From positions 1,900,769 to 1,964,768 of the forward strand of contig OZ244779.1 in NCBI GenBank assembly GCA_965219575.1: a DNA stretch of 64,000 bases. Direction: 5' to 3'. Source of the stretch: Candidatus Oxydemutatoraceae bacterium (lineage in GTDB: Bacteria; Pseudomonadota; Gammaproteobacteria; Poriferisulfidales; Oxydemutatoraceae). A program made the translations under genes and the position numbers. The notes under the pieces are model-generated. The model was not told the origin of the DNA. It saw nothing but the letters and a program-made list of their open reading frames with translations, and did not search any database. Shown here one piece after another: positions 10,119 to 20,300 of the stretch. Within the stretch, counting starts at the first letter, position 1, and the number at the start of each line of letters is the position of its first letter.

Positions 10119-10892
10119 TTAAGAAGTGCTTTTATAATCGATGATCAACGGTGCGTGGTCGGAAAAACGTTTGTCTTTATAGATGCGTGCCGCCTGCGGA
10201 TGATAGGGTGTGCGTGCAGAACTGAGTTGATAGTCGATGCGCCACCCTACATTGTTTTCCCATGCGCGCCCGCGATTAGACCACCAGGTATATTGATCGG
10301 GATCACGACACAGCACTCTGAATGTATCGCAGTAGCCGACATAGTCGAACAAGGTATCCAACCATTGTCTTTCTTCGGGTAGAAAACCCGAGTTTTTTTT
10401 GTTACCCCGCCAGTTTTTTATATCTATCTCCTTGTGTGCGATATTGATGTCGCCGCAAATAATATAATGTCTGCGCCGTCGCTTCAGGCGAATCAAGTGA
10501 TCCATAAAGCTGTCCATGAAACGATATTTTGCCTGTTGACGCGCCTCGCCGGAAGACCCCGACGGCGCATAAACCGAAACCACCGATAAATTACCGAATT
10601 GCCCTTCTAGGTAGCGTCCTTCGTTATCAAACTCGGAATCGCCGTATGCCTTGATAATTTTATCGGGTTTTCGTTTTGAATACAGTGCCACACCGCTATA
10701 ACCCTTTTTTTCGGCACTATGGTAGTGACAATGAAAACGGCTCGGGAAAAACTTCTTGTCGTCGAGTTGCTCGGGCTGTATGCGCAGTTCCTGTAAGCAT
10801 ACGAAATCGGCATTCTGGCGCGCGAGCCAGCGATAAAAACCCTTGCCGGCAGCCGATCGTATGCCGTTGACATTGAGCGTGATAATCCGCAT
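10119..10892 (-). CDS. xth: Exodeoxyribonuclease III
   Basis: NVNGIRS, CLQE, GYSGVA, GDINIAH, GWRIDY, SDHAP. Confidence 0.95.
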   Translation of the reverse strand: MRIITLNVNGIRSAAGKGFYRWLARQNADFVCLQELRIQPEQLDDKKFFPSRFHCHYHSAEKKGYSGVALYSKRKPDKIIKAYGDSEFDNEGRYLEGQFGNLSVVSVYAPSGSSGEARQQAKYRFMDSFMDHLIRLKRRRRHYIICGDINIAHKEIDIKNWRGNKKNSGFLPEERQWLDTLFDYVGYCDTFRVLCRDPDQYTWWSNRGRAWENNVGWRIDYQLSSARTPYHPQAARIYKDKRFSDHAPLIIDYKSTS

Positions 10893-13800
10893 TATCGGAT
10901 GCGCTTTCTAACATAGTTCTTTAGATCTTCGGTGACCATGTAAAGGCACGGTAGTACGGTAAGTATCAGCACCGTTGCAAAAATCAGCCCGAAACCCAGA
11001 CTGATTGCCATCGGCGATAGAAATTTGGTTTGACCGGTGGCGAAGAAAATCAGCGGCGACACACCCAAGAAGGTCGTAATCGTAGTCAGTATAATCGGAC
11101 GCGCTCGCCTGCACGATGCAGAGATCACCGCCTCCTCACAGCCATAGCCTTGCTCACGACGTTTTTTGACCTGATTCAACATAATCAGAGAGTCGTTGAC
11201 GATAATCCCGCTGAGTGCAACCAATCCGACTACGGACACAAACTGCAAATTATAACCGAGCAACGCATGTCCCATAATCACGCCGATGAAACCGAACGGC
11301 ACGGTGAGCAAAATAAGAACCGGTTCCCGCAAAGTACGAAATAGTACCAGCAGAATCAGAAATATCCCCATAACGGCAACTATACCGGCAACGCGGATAC
11401 CTCTGAACGAATCGTCGGCGCGTTTTTTCGCCCCTCTAAAGACCATATCGTATTCGGGAAGCTGTTCGTATAGCGGTCCGAATTGGCGTGCAACTTGGCC
11501 GTATACTTGAAACGGGGTCAGTTCCTCGCTGTCTACTTCACCGGTAATCGTAACGATGCGACGACCGTCGAGGCGGGTCAAGCGGTTAAAACTACGGTCT
11601 AGCTTGATCGTTGCCACTTCGTTGAGGTAGACCACTCTGCCGTCGGATAAAGTCAACGGTAACTGCATCAGACGATTGCTGTCGTTGCGTATCTCTTCGT
11701 CGAAGATAACTCGTACCGGATAGCGTTCGTCACCCCAGTTGACGTAGACCGCTTTGACACCCAAATAACCGGTGCGTAGTGCATCGGCGACTTGCTGTTG
11801 GGTAAGCCCCAGACGCTGTCCGCGTTCGTTCAACTGATAGCGCACTTCCAGTTTGCCTCTATCCATATCGTGCTGCATATCGTAGACACCGGCGATACCC
11901 CCCAGATAATCTATCATTTCTTCCGCACGATCCTCCAATCTCTCCAGGTCCGAACCTGCGATGCTAATTTCAATATCCGCCCCCGTCGGACCGGCTTCCG
12001 GGCGCACTATCGAAAAACGCTTGACACCGGACATACCCGATACCCGTTCGCGTATTAATACGATAATCTCCTCGACATCGCGCTTGCGAGAACCTTGCTC
12101 GTCAAACTTGAAACTCACCAGCGGCACGATGAAGCGTTCGACAAAAGTCTGTGGTTCTCGCTTGGTCAACGACACGACGAACTGACAGTAGTTGTCGCCG
12201 ACTTTGGATTGCCTGCTGCCACCGCGCCCACTCAATAACACGCCGATATTGCTCAGCATCGTGTTCAATTCGTATTCGTGTCCGTCGAACACCGTGTAGA
12301 TCTCTTTTTCGACGCGCGTCGACAACGCCTCGGTCTCCTCTATGCTGTAATTGCTGGGAGCTTCTATGTTGACGAAAAACTCGTCTACCTCCACATGACC
12401 GAATAGTTGAAAAGGAACGCGCGTTGTCAGAATAATGAGTGCCAATACCAATGTGCAGGTGGCCGTGACAAAAACAAAATATCTGTTGCGCAGACCCCAG
12501 CGTAGATAACGTTTATAGGGTGCCAGTAATTTTTCCCAGTCGACGAAACCTTGCTTTTCATCCTTTGACGGCAGCAGGCTCGATCCCACCGCAGCGGCAC
12601 CTACCGAAAGACTTTTGATACGAGTGCGCGCTTTCAAGAATAAATTCGCATGCGACGGCAACACAAAAAAGGCTTCCAACAAAGAGCCCAACAACGCGGC
12701 ACTGACTACCACCGGAATAACCTTGACGAACTCCCCCATCCTGCCGCCGATGGCGAGCAACGGTAAAAAGGCAATGACCGTAGTCAAGGTTGCGGCAAGA
12801 ACCGGTGCGACAATCTCGCGCGTCCCGCGCAAAGCCGCCTGTCTAACCGGCATACCCTCCTCTATATAGTGGTGGATATTTTCGGTCACAATAATGGCGT
12901 CGTCGACGATCATTCCCAGCGCAATCAAAAAAGCGAACAAAGACACCATGTTGATCGTGAAACCCAAATAATAAATGCTGATTACGGCAACCAAAAAGGA
13001 AATCGGAATGCCGAAAGCGGTAATCAACGCAACTCTAAAATTCAATAATAAATAAAGCGACGCAAGCAGTAACACCAAGCCGATCAACCCGGACGAGAAA
13101 ACGGTCTTCAATCGGGTGTCTATATAAACCGAGAAATCGTTGTGATAACCGACTTGTATCGCCGCCGGGAGCAGGTCGGGTATCTCTTCCTTCACCAACC
13201 TCCTGATCTCTGCTGCAATATCGTTGGTAGACGCTCTCACATCTTTGGTTACGACCAAGTTCAACGATTGCAATCCCGAAAATCGCCCTTGGGTTTGTAC
13301 GGTTTCAAGTGTCATTTCCACATCGGCAATATCGCCTATTCGTAATTGACCTCCGTCTCTATTGGTTCTAATAGCGATATCCTTAACCGCCTGCACATTA
13401 TCGGCGACACTCATTCCACGCAGTTGTATATCGCCCTCCAGGGCGGACAAAGAACCGCCCGGACGATCTCCCAGATTCGATGCCAACGCATTGCGAATTT
13501 CTTCCAGAGAAACCTCTTTGGCAGCGATTTCATAGGGGTCTACAACCACCCAAACTTCGGTATCGCGCTCGCCGGCGATATTTACCCCGCCGACTCCCTC
13601 GACTTTCTGTATCGCTTCCTTGACTATCTCGCTGGCGCGGATGAGCTCGGCTTCGCCGACATCACCGTAGACACTGACACTGATAACCGGAAAATTACTC
13701 TTACGACGAGAGATACGCGGCGTTTCTATGTCGTCGGGCAGATCTTCTATCGAGTCGACTTCAATTTCCACATTGCGCACTACCTCCTCTACATCGACAC

Positions 13801-14086
13801 CCGGTTTGAGGTCCAAGTAAATGCGCGAAACTCCCTCGAGGCTGACAGACTGCAATTCGTCTATCTCGCTGATATCGTCGACCTCGTCTTCTATCGGGAT
13901 AGTCAGTTGACGCTCGACTTCAACCGGTGGAGCACCCTCGAAATCGGTCTCTATAGAAATCGTATCCGATTCGATTACCGGAAACATTTCTTGCGGCATC
14001 GCCCGCCACGACAAAATACCGACGACTATAATCGACAGTAGTAAGAAGTTGGTGATGATGGGGTTTTTGATAAAGTACTCAACCAT
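10892..14086 (-). CDS. RND (AcrB/AcrD/AcrF family) transporter permease
   Basis: 1064 aa with two TM bundles; GMIVDDAIIVTENI, GIIVNDS, RARPIILTT. Confidence 0.9.
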   Translation of the reverse strand: MVEYFIKNPIITNFLLLSIIVVGILSWRAMPQEMFPVIESDTISIETDFEGAPPVEVERQLTIPIEDEVDDISEIDELQSVSLEGVSRIYLDLKPGVDVEEVVRNVEIEVDSIEDLPDDIETPRISRRKSNFPVISVSVYGDVGEAELIRASEIVKEAIQKVEGVGGVNIAGERDTEVWVVVDPYEIAAKEVSLEEIRNALASNLGDRPGGSLSALEGDIQLRGMSVADNVQAVKDIAIRTNRDGGQLRIGDIADVEMTLETVQTQGRFSGLQSLNLVVTKDVRASTNDIAAEIRRLVKEEIPDLLPAAIQVGYHNDFSVYIDTRLKTVFSSGLIGLVLLLASLYLLLNFRVALITAFGIPISFLVAVISIYYLGFTINMVSLFAFLIALGMIVDDAIIVTENIHHYIEEGMPVRQAALRGTREIVAPVLAATLTTVIAFLPLLAIGGRMGEFVKVIPVVVSAALLGSLLEAFFVLPSHANLFLKARTRIKSLSVGAAAVGSSLLPSKDEKQGFVDWEKLLAPYKRYLRWGLRNRYFVFVTATCTLVLALIILTTRVPFQLFGHVEVDEFFVNIEAPSNYSIEETEALSTRVEKEIYTVFDGHEYELNTMLSNIGVLLSGRGGSRQSKVGDNYCQFVVSLTKREPQTFVERFIVPLVSFKFDEQGSRKRDVEEIIVLIRERVSGMSGVKRFSIVRPEAGPTGADIEISIAGSDLERLEDRAEEMIDYLGGIAGVYDMQHDMDRGKLEVRYQLNERGQRLGLTQQQVADALRTGYLGVKAVYVNWGDERYPVRVIFDEEIRNDSNRLMQLPLTLSDGRVVYLNEVATIKLDRSFNRLTRLDGRRIVTITGEVDSEELTPFQVYGQVARQFGPLYEQLPEYDMVFRGAKKRADDSFRGIRVAGIVAVMGIFLILLVLFRTLREPVLILLTVPFGFIGVIMGHALLGYNLQFVSVVGLVALSGIIVNDSLIMLNQVKKRREQGYGCEEAVISASCRRARPIILTTITTFLGVSPLIFFATGQTKFLSPMAISLGFGLIFATVLILTVLPCLYMVTEDLKNYVRKRIR

Positions 14087-14120
14087 GACAATATATATTC
14101 CTAGAGATTATAAATGAGAA

Positions 14121-14981
14121 TTATTGTATACCCAAACTATGCGGTTTTGGATAGATTGCCGGCAAATCGTCGCACCGAATCTGGAATTCCCGCTCATTTC
14201 CACCTTCGAGGCGATACGCAGTCAGGCAACCGCCCCAGACACATCCGGAATCGAGTGCGATATATGACTTCATCCTTCGATATCCGAGTGCCGCCCAGTG
14301 CCCGAATAGCACCGTATAATCGGGGTCTCGTTCGTGCGCAAGCGTATACCACGGATACAGTCCCGGAGGATGTTCGCCCGGTGGGGTCTTGGCACGAAAA
14401 TCCATACGCCCCCGAGCATCGCAAAAACGAATACCGGTCATTGCATTGACGGTAATCACCGAACGCTCGATACCTTGCAAATGGTCTTCCCATAATTTCG
14501 GCGTATTTTTTTGGTTGAGTAGTTGCTTTAGAAAAATTTTTCGGTCGGGACTTTGTAATTGTTGGCGGACATGCTCCGCTAATTGCACTGCCAATGTTAT
14601 ATCCCATTGCGGTAACAAACCGGCATGGACGAGTATCAGTTTTCTTTGATGATCAACCCTCAATAACGGTTGCCTTGCGACCCATTCGAGCAGAAGGTCG
14701 GCATCGGGTGCATCGAGTACCGCATCGAGCGTGCTTTTAGATCTTGCTATTAACCCGTCGGCAAGTTTGAGCAAATGCAACTCGTGATTGCCGAGTACCC
14801 ATTTTGCTTTATTCCCCAAACTCCTGACGAAATTCAGCGTCTCTAAAGATTGCGCACCTCGGTTGACAATATCACCGGCGAACCATAGCTCGTCTTCGGC
14901 AGGGTCGTAGTTAATGTGGTCGAGCAGACGACACAACGCATCATAACATCCCTGGACATCGCCGATTGCGTATAAACTCAT
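14121..14981 (-). CDS. apaH: Symmetrical bis(5'-nucleosyl)-tetraphosphatase
   Basis: IGDVQGC, GDIVNRG, LGNHE, VHAG, FGHWAAL, LDSGCVWG. Confidence 0.95.
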   Translation of the reverse strand: MSLYAIGDVQGCYDALCRLLDHINYDPAEDELWFAGDIVNRGAQSLETLNFVRSLGNKAKWVLGNHELHLLKLADGLIARSKSTLDAVLDAPDADLLLEWVARQPLLRVDHQRKLILVHAGLLPQWDITLAVQLAEHVRQQLQSPDRKIFLKQLLNQKNTPKLWEDHLQGIERSVITVNAMTGIRFCDARGRMDFRAKTPPGEHPPGLYPWYTLAHERDPDYTVLFGHWAALGYRRMKSYIALDSGCVWGGCLTAYRLEGGNEREFQIRCDDLPAIYPKPHSLGIQ

Positions 14982-15002
14982 CGGGTATTTTTAGTTTGCA
15001 TC

Positions 15003-15426
15003 ATTTCCCTCCTTGTAGGGGGTGGCATGTCTGCACCAGTACATTCCCCTCCTTTGGAGGGGTGGCCTATGCATTTTGCAATGCATGCGTTTAGCAGTCA
15101 TGTTGAGGTTCTGAACGAAGTCACGCCGATTGACCTACCGGAGCAATCGGCGGTTCTATTCAGCCTGACGGGGTGGTTGTCAAATATGGAAACCATTATC
15201 GTGTGGCGCAAGCGGTTACGGCTGTGCAGAACGATACTTAAGGGCAGACATCAGAATTGCCGATTGACCTACCGGCTCAATCGGCGGCTTTATCCTGCCC
15301 CTACAGGTGGGTTGGATAATTATGTGGCGCATAGCGGTTGCAATTGTGCAAACACAGTACTTTTTCAACAGCCCCGTCGTATCTGCACAGTGTAACAACG
15401 ATCGACCTACTGGCACACTCGGCGAC
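15003..15426. repeat. Composite intergenic repeat locus B, between apaG and apaH
   Basis: CCCCTCC..GGAGGGGTGGC element with 95-bp cassette; GGGCAGAC..CCCCTAC with hairpin insert; ACTTTTTCAACAGCCCC end near 15375. Confidence 0.9.
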
Positions 15427-15804
15427 TCAATGTATGGTGCGCGGTGCCGACAGCAAAAATTCTTTTATTTCGGCATCAAATTCCGAACCGTCTTCGGCGA
15501 GCATCTTATAGCTTCCGCGCATCGTTCCGAACGGTGTTTCCAATACCGTCCCGCTGGTATAGGAAAAACGAGTACCCGGATGCAAATAAGGCTGTTCTCC
15601 AACTACCCCTTCACCTTTAACTTCTTGCACTTTTTGGTTTGAATCGGTAATAACCCAATGCCTAGAAATCAACTGAGCCGAGATATTTCCTTTGTTTTCA
15701 ATCGTAACCGTATATACGAAAACATATCGGTCTTCCGAGGAATCGGATTGCTCTTCTAAGTACTGTGTTTCTACATTAATTTCTATGTCTTTACCGGGTG
15801 GCAT
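15427..15804 (-). CDS. apaG: ApaG protein
   Basis: QLISRHWVITD, VKGEGVVGEQP, YTSG. Confidence 0.95.
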   Translation of the reverse strand: MPPGKDIEINVETQYLEEQSDSSEDRYVFVYTVTIENKGNISAQLISRHWVITDSNQKVQEVKGEGVVGEQPYLHPGTRFSYTSGTVLETPFGTMRGSYKMLAEDGSEFDAEIKEFLLSAPRTIH

Positions 15805-15805
15805 A

Positions 15806-16585
15806 CTATTTCCTCTGCTTGCGTAGATATTCTAACATGTTTATAAATCGATCGATCTCTAAACTGTCGGCACGGCAATCGGGATCTATTCCTAAACATT
15901 TTAATTCTTCTTTGGCAAATAGTCCGGACAACGCATTTGCCAAGGTTTTGCGCCTACCAGAAAATGCAAGCCGCACAATGCTATCGAGTTCTTTTAATTC
16001 CGATTGCCGAAGCGTAGGTTGCGGCTTAAAACGAACAAAGGTGGATACGACTTTGGGGGACGGCGCAAAGGCTTGCGGCGAAACATCGAAAAGCGCGTCT
16101 ATTTCAAAACAGCATCGCGCTACGACACTCAACCTGCCGTATTGTTTGTCGGCAGCCGATGCAGTTAATCTTTGAACGACTTCGCGCTGCAACATGAGGT
16201 GCATATCGATGATAAGGTCTTGAAACGAGGCAAGATGAAAAATCAATGCGGTCGATATATTGTACGGAAGATTACCGACTAAACGCACCGGCTGCTTTCC
16301 TAAAAGTTCCGCGAAATCCATTTTAAGTGCGTCGGCGCAATGTACTCGTAGTTTCGGATATCGTACGGTTTTTAGTTCCAAATCACTTGCCAGATCGCGA
16401 TCTATCTCCACGACATGTATTAGAGAAACCCGATCGTGCAAAGGATAAGTCAAAGCACCTTCACCGGGACCTATCTCCACAATCGTGTCCTTGGGTGCGG
16501 GGGAAATCGCAGAAATGATGCGAGAAATAATGTTAGAGTCGGATAAGAAATGCTGCCCGAAACGTTTGCGAGGATACCGTGCCAT
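15806..16585 (-). CDS. rsmA: 16S rRNA m6,2A dimethyltransferase (KsgA)
   Basis: RKRFGQHFL, VEIGPGEG, GNLPYNIS. Confidence 0.95.
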   Translation of the reverse strand: MARYPRKRFGQHFLSDSNIISRIISAISPAPKDTIVEIGPGEGALTYPLHDRVSLIHVVEIDRDLASDLELKTVRYPKLRVHCADALKMDFAELLGKQPVRLVGNLPYNISTALIFHLASFQDLIIDMHLMLQREVVQRLTASAADKQYGRLSVVARCCFEIDALFDVSPQAFAPSPKVVSTFVRFKPQPTLRQSELKELDSIVRLAFSGRRKTLANALSGLFAKEELKCLGIDPDCRADSLEIDRFINMLEYLRKQRK

Positions 16586-16652
16586 AGCCCATTCAATTTA
16601 GTCTGCTTTATCAACGAGTGCTTTATTGTATACGACGAAGGCATTGCATCCG

Positions 16653-16661
16653 TGTTATAAT
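16653..16661 (+). promoter_or_regulatory. Extended -10 promoter element for ssrA
   Basis: TGTTATAAT about 11 nt upstream of the mature tmRNA 5' end. Confidence 0.6.
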
Positions 16662-16672
16662 GCCTGCTTTAC

Positions 16673-17030
16673 GGGGGCGATCTTGGTTTCGACGGATATT
16701 ATGAAACTTGAGGTGCATGTCGAGCAGGTAAGAAACTCGTTAAACTTTTTGCGCAAAATTAGTTGCCAATCAACAAGACAACTACGCATTAGCGGCCTAA
16801 ACAACCGGCTATGCCTCCTCTCTTGGGGTGCTTGTAACTTAAGCAGAGGAGTCGATCAACAAGCTCGCGTGCGAATAGACTCGAAGTTCAAGCGTTAAAT
16901 CTTCATTCGAGGAAGCCGACTACTCAGCCTGTTTGCCGGCCGTAGACGGTGTGATTAAAGACGAACTAAACATGTAGTACCGAGAGCGGAATGTATGCGG
17001 ACGCGGGTTCAATTCCCGCCGCCTCCACCA
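16673..17030 (+). ncRNA. ssrA: tmRNA; tag peptide ANQQDNYALAA* at 16765-16800
   Basis: 5' GGGGGCG pairs with 3' CGCCTCC-ACCA (G3:U alanine determinant); T-arm GGTTCAATTCC; tag ends YALAA. Confidence 0.96.
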
Positions 17031-17053
17031 CCGAATATACATCATCGGCTAAG

Positions 17054-17186
17054 CTACCCCGTCAGGCTCAATAGAACCGCCGATTGAACCGGTAGGTCAA
17101 TCGGCGTGACTTTGTTCAGAACCTCATCATGACTTCTAGACGCATGCATTGTAAAATGCATAGGTCACCCCTCCGAAGGAGGGGAG
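17054..17186 (-). repeat. Composite repeat locus C: cassette-filled REP-like element, reverse orientation
   Basis: Reverse complement of the blocks at 8213-8346 and 15043-15177. Confidence 0.9.
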
Positions 17187-17324
17187 TTAACTACAGCCGA
17201 AAGAACTAAGTAATAGCTGATTTCTCAAAGCCGTACAGTAATCGTCACCTAAACTGTTGCCACTTAAATCCAACCCCTGCAGACTAGTTAGACTGCTAAA
17301 GATACCCGATGGGAGCGAAATCAA
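17187..17324 (-). other. Second LRR + C-terminal cap module, in frame directly after the stop of the 1777-aa gene
   Basis: Manual translation: LISLPSGIFSSLTSLQGLDLSGNSLGDDYCTALRNQLLLSSFGCS*. Confidence 0.8.
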
Positions 17325-20300
17325 TCACAAATCACAATTAACAACAACAAGCGGTAACTGGTTCTCCAGTGACGTACAGTAACTGGAACCTAAATTGTTG
17401 CGGCTCAAACCCACCCACTGCAGACTAGTTAAACCGCTAAAGATACCCTCGGGGAGCGTGCTTAGATCGTTGTCATGCAAATCCAACTCATCCAGCCTAG
17501 TTAAACCGCTAAAGATACCCTCGGGGAGCGTGCTTAGATCGTTGTTATACAAATCCAAATACCGCAGATTGGTTAAACCGCTAAAGATACCCTCTGGGAG
17601 CGTACTTAGCTCGTTGTCATACAAATCCAAATTCCGCAGACTAGTTAAACCGCTAAAGATACCCTCGGGGAGCGTACTTAGCTTGTTGTTATCCAACCTC
17701 AACTCATACAGCCTAGTTAAACCGCTAAAGATACCCTCGGGGAGCGTACTTAGCTTGTTGTTATCCAAACTCAACTCATACAGCCTAGTTAAACCGCTAA
17801 AGATACCCTCGGGGAGCGTACTTAGCTCGTTGCCATCCAAATCCAACCGCCCCAGACTAGTTAAACCGCTAAAGATACCCTCGGGGAGCGTGCTTATATC
17901 GTTTCCAGCCAAAATCAATTCATCCAGACTAGTTAAACCGCTAAAATCACCGGTCAATAAAGAAGATAATGAAGGAAATATCGACTCTTCATCAAGAAAC
18001 ATTCTTGTAATCGTAGCGAGGTCTTCCGCACTAATCTCGGCACAGTCGTCTTTGTCAACCCGTTGTTTGATTTCATCCCGCACCTGTGGTGTTCTATCGC
18101 ATACACCCAGTAGTTGCACAGCGATTGGTATTTCCTGATATTGCTGAATTACTCTACCGTATCGACTGTGTCCGGTATAGCGTAGCTTGTATTTGTCTTC
18201 TTCTATCTCTTGTGAGTCATCCACTCGGACGGTGTTTTCGTCAACTCTTATCAATCTAGGCGCACCTTCGGGTGGAACAACCGACCACATGCCCTGTTGG
18301 ATTTTGTTCCTCTCCCTACCAAACCATTGCCCCGGTGTAACCCGCACGGTATAGGTATTTTCGTCATTTCTACCTTGTCTCAGCTGCATTTCCGGTAGCG
18401 ATGTAATCGCACGACGCAAGTCAAATAATTCATACGATTCGGCGAAGGGGATAAGAATAGGTTCAAGATCCACATTTATGTTTGACGCAATTCCTAAACT
18501 TGAATCCAACCTCGTGAAGCGATAATCACTGCTGTCAATAGCTGCCTCTAAAGAAACACCACTCCCTCGCTCGAATATTCCCTCAACATCGCCATTGCCC
18601 TGCACATAAGGAATTAATTGAACATTCGTAAGAATGGAGGCGTAAAGCCCCAAGTCCAGTTGAGGAATCAGCGAAAACTTAACCATCATTCCGGCTGCTG
18701 TCTTAACCGTGATTTCGTATTCGCTGCTACTGTCGGCACTGCTGATAGGCACAAATCTACCGTTTTTGTATCTAAAACCTGCCCTTAATTTATAGGTTGA
18801 TTGAAATGTCTGGGCAATGTTCATCTCGGCCGATACTCCAGCCTCACCTCTTACCTTAAAGCCAAGCTCACCGTTAACCACAACCGGTATCGGTATTCCC
18901 AAAGTAGGTACAAATATGAGCCGATAGAAACTTTTCTTTTTACCTATTTCTTTTTCTCCATCTAGCGTATATCCGGATGCAGTAATTATTTCTAGTAGTA
19001 TGTCTAGATCTACATCGCCACCGACAACGACCTCGAGAGTTCCGTGTTTGGATGATTCTCGATCATAAGAGATTTTAATTTCAGGGTCAAAATCCAGATC
19101 CATATCGCCATGGAATCGCTGTTCGCCATCGGGTATTGAGGGTATCGGTATCGTCACCTCTCCTTGGAAGGAAAGATTCACAGGTTTATCGGAAGAAACA
19201 GCAATCGGCACCGTAATACTTCGCTCGCATGGATAGCCGAACAAAAGCTCCATTTTCCATTCATCGCGACTCTTATGCCGTTCGTAAGTTCGCCAGCGCA
19301 CACGATGTTCCACAATCCTTGCATCGGCACTTGCCGGTTTAGCTCTCACCGAAGCACCCTGCCTTCCCCGGCTCGTACCTCTTTGGGTGATGTCGTCTAT
19401 GGTCACCGAACACCGTTCGCTAAAGTTCTCGGGATATTCAACATAAACATCAAACGAGGCAACCTTGTTGACTTCGGCTGTCACATAAGGCGGATACCAA
19501 ACTTTTATGATGTCGCCGAATAGACCGAAAAAGCCTGTTGTGATAATGCGGATATTTTCATGTTCATAAGTCGCAGGAATATCCGGTTCGGACGGCTGTT
19601 GCTCCGAGCGTAGCCCTACCGCATCTTTGATGCTATCGAGTAGATCGTCGGTTTGGCTGAGCGGTTCGGACTGGCGTAGTCTAAAGCCGCTATCCGGCCA
19701 GTGCATCTCACGGATTTGCTCGCCGCCCTCGAAGATCGGTTGATACGGCCACACTTCGGACGGCGGAACCGACATCGGCGAGCGCAGTGCCGGGGAGAAC
19801 CGCCTGAGTTTGGTGTCCGCCGGCGGTGCCGGCTCGCCTCGTTGCTCGGCACGCACTTGTGCCGATTTCGCTGCCGCAATCGCCGCATCGTCGTCCACAT
19901 CCTCCAGTCTAACATTCATGTTCAAGCTGAGGTCTGAGAATACATCGGCCAGCGATGCCTGTTCGGTATAGAGTAGCATTTGGTCGCTACCGACGATTTC
20001 AATACGGGTAATCCTTCTCAGATAGCTGTCGTCTTGTCCCATCATGATCGCAACTTGTCCCACTTTCAGATCGTCGCGACGGTCTACGATAATCGTGCCG
20101 TCGGCGTTCAGTTCCGTATCAATCCGTATCAGCACCACCTCGTTTTGGGTGGACAATTTCGGCATCATCGACATCGTGCGTATCGATATCATCTCCGAGA
20201 GGCTACGGTTGCCTGCCTCGTCCAGTGCGGCAACATGCACATAGTAGGTCTGGCTGGTTTTGAGGTCATCGACATTGGCACTATAGATGCCCTGCACCAT

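Noticed and set aside
17187-17960. Diversity-generating retroelement with the downstream module as template repeat
   Set aside because: No reverse transcriptase in the window, and the differences are not confined to template adenines; a trans-acting DGR is not excluded.
17395-18138. 247-aa antisense ORF over the LRR array
   Set aside because: A stop-free frame propagated by the 72-bp repeat; no independent coding signal.
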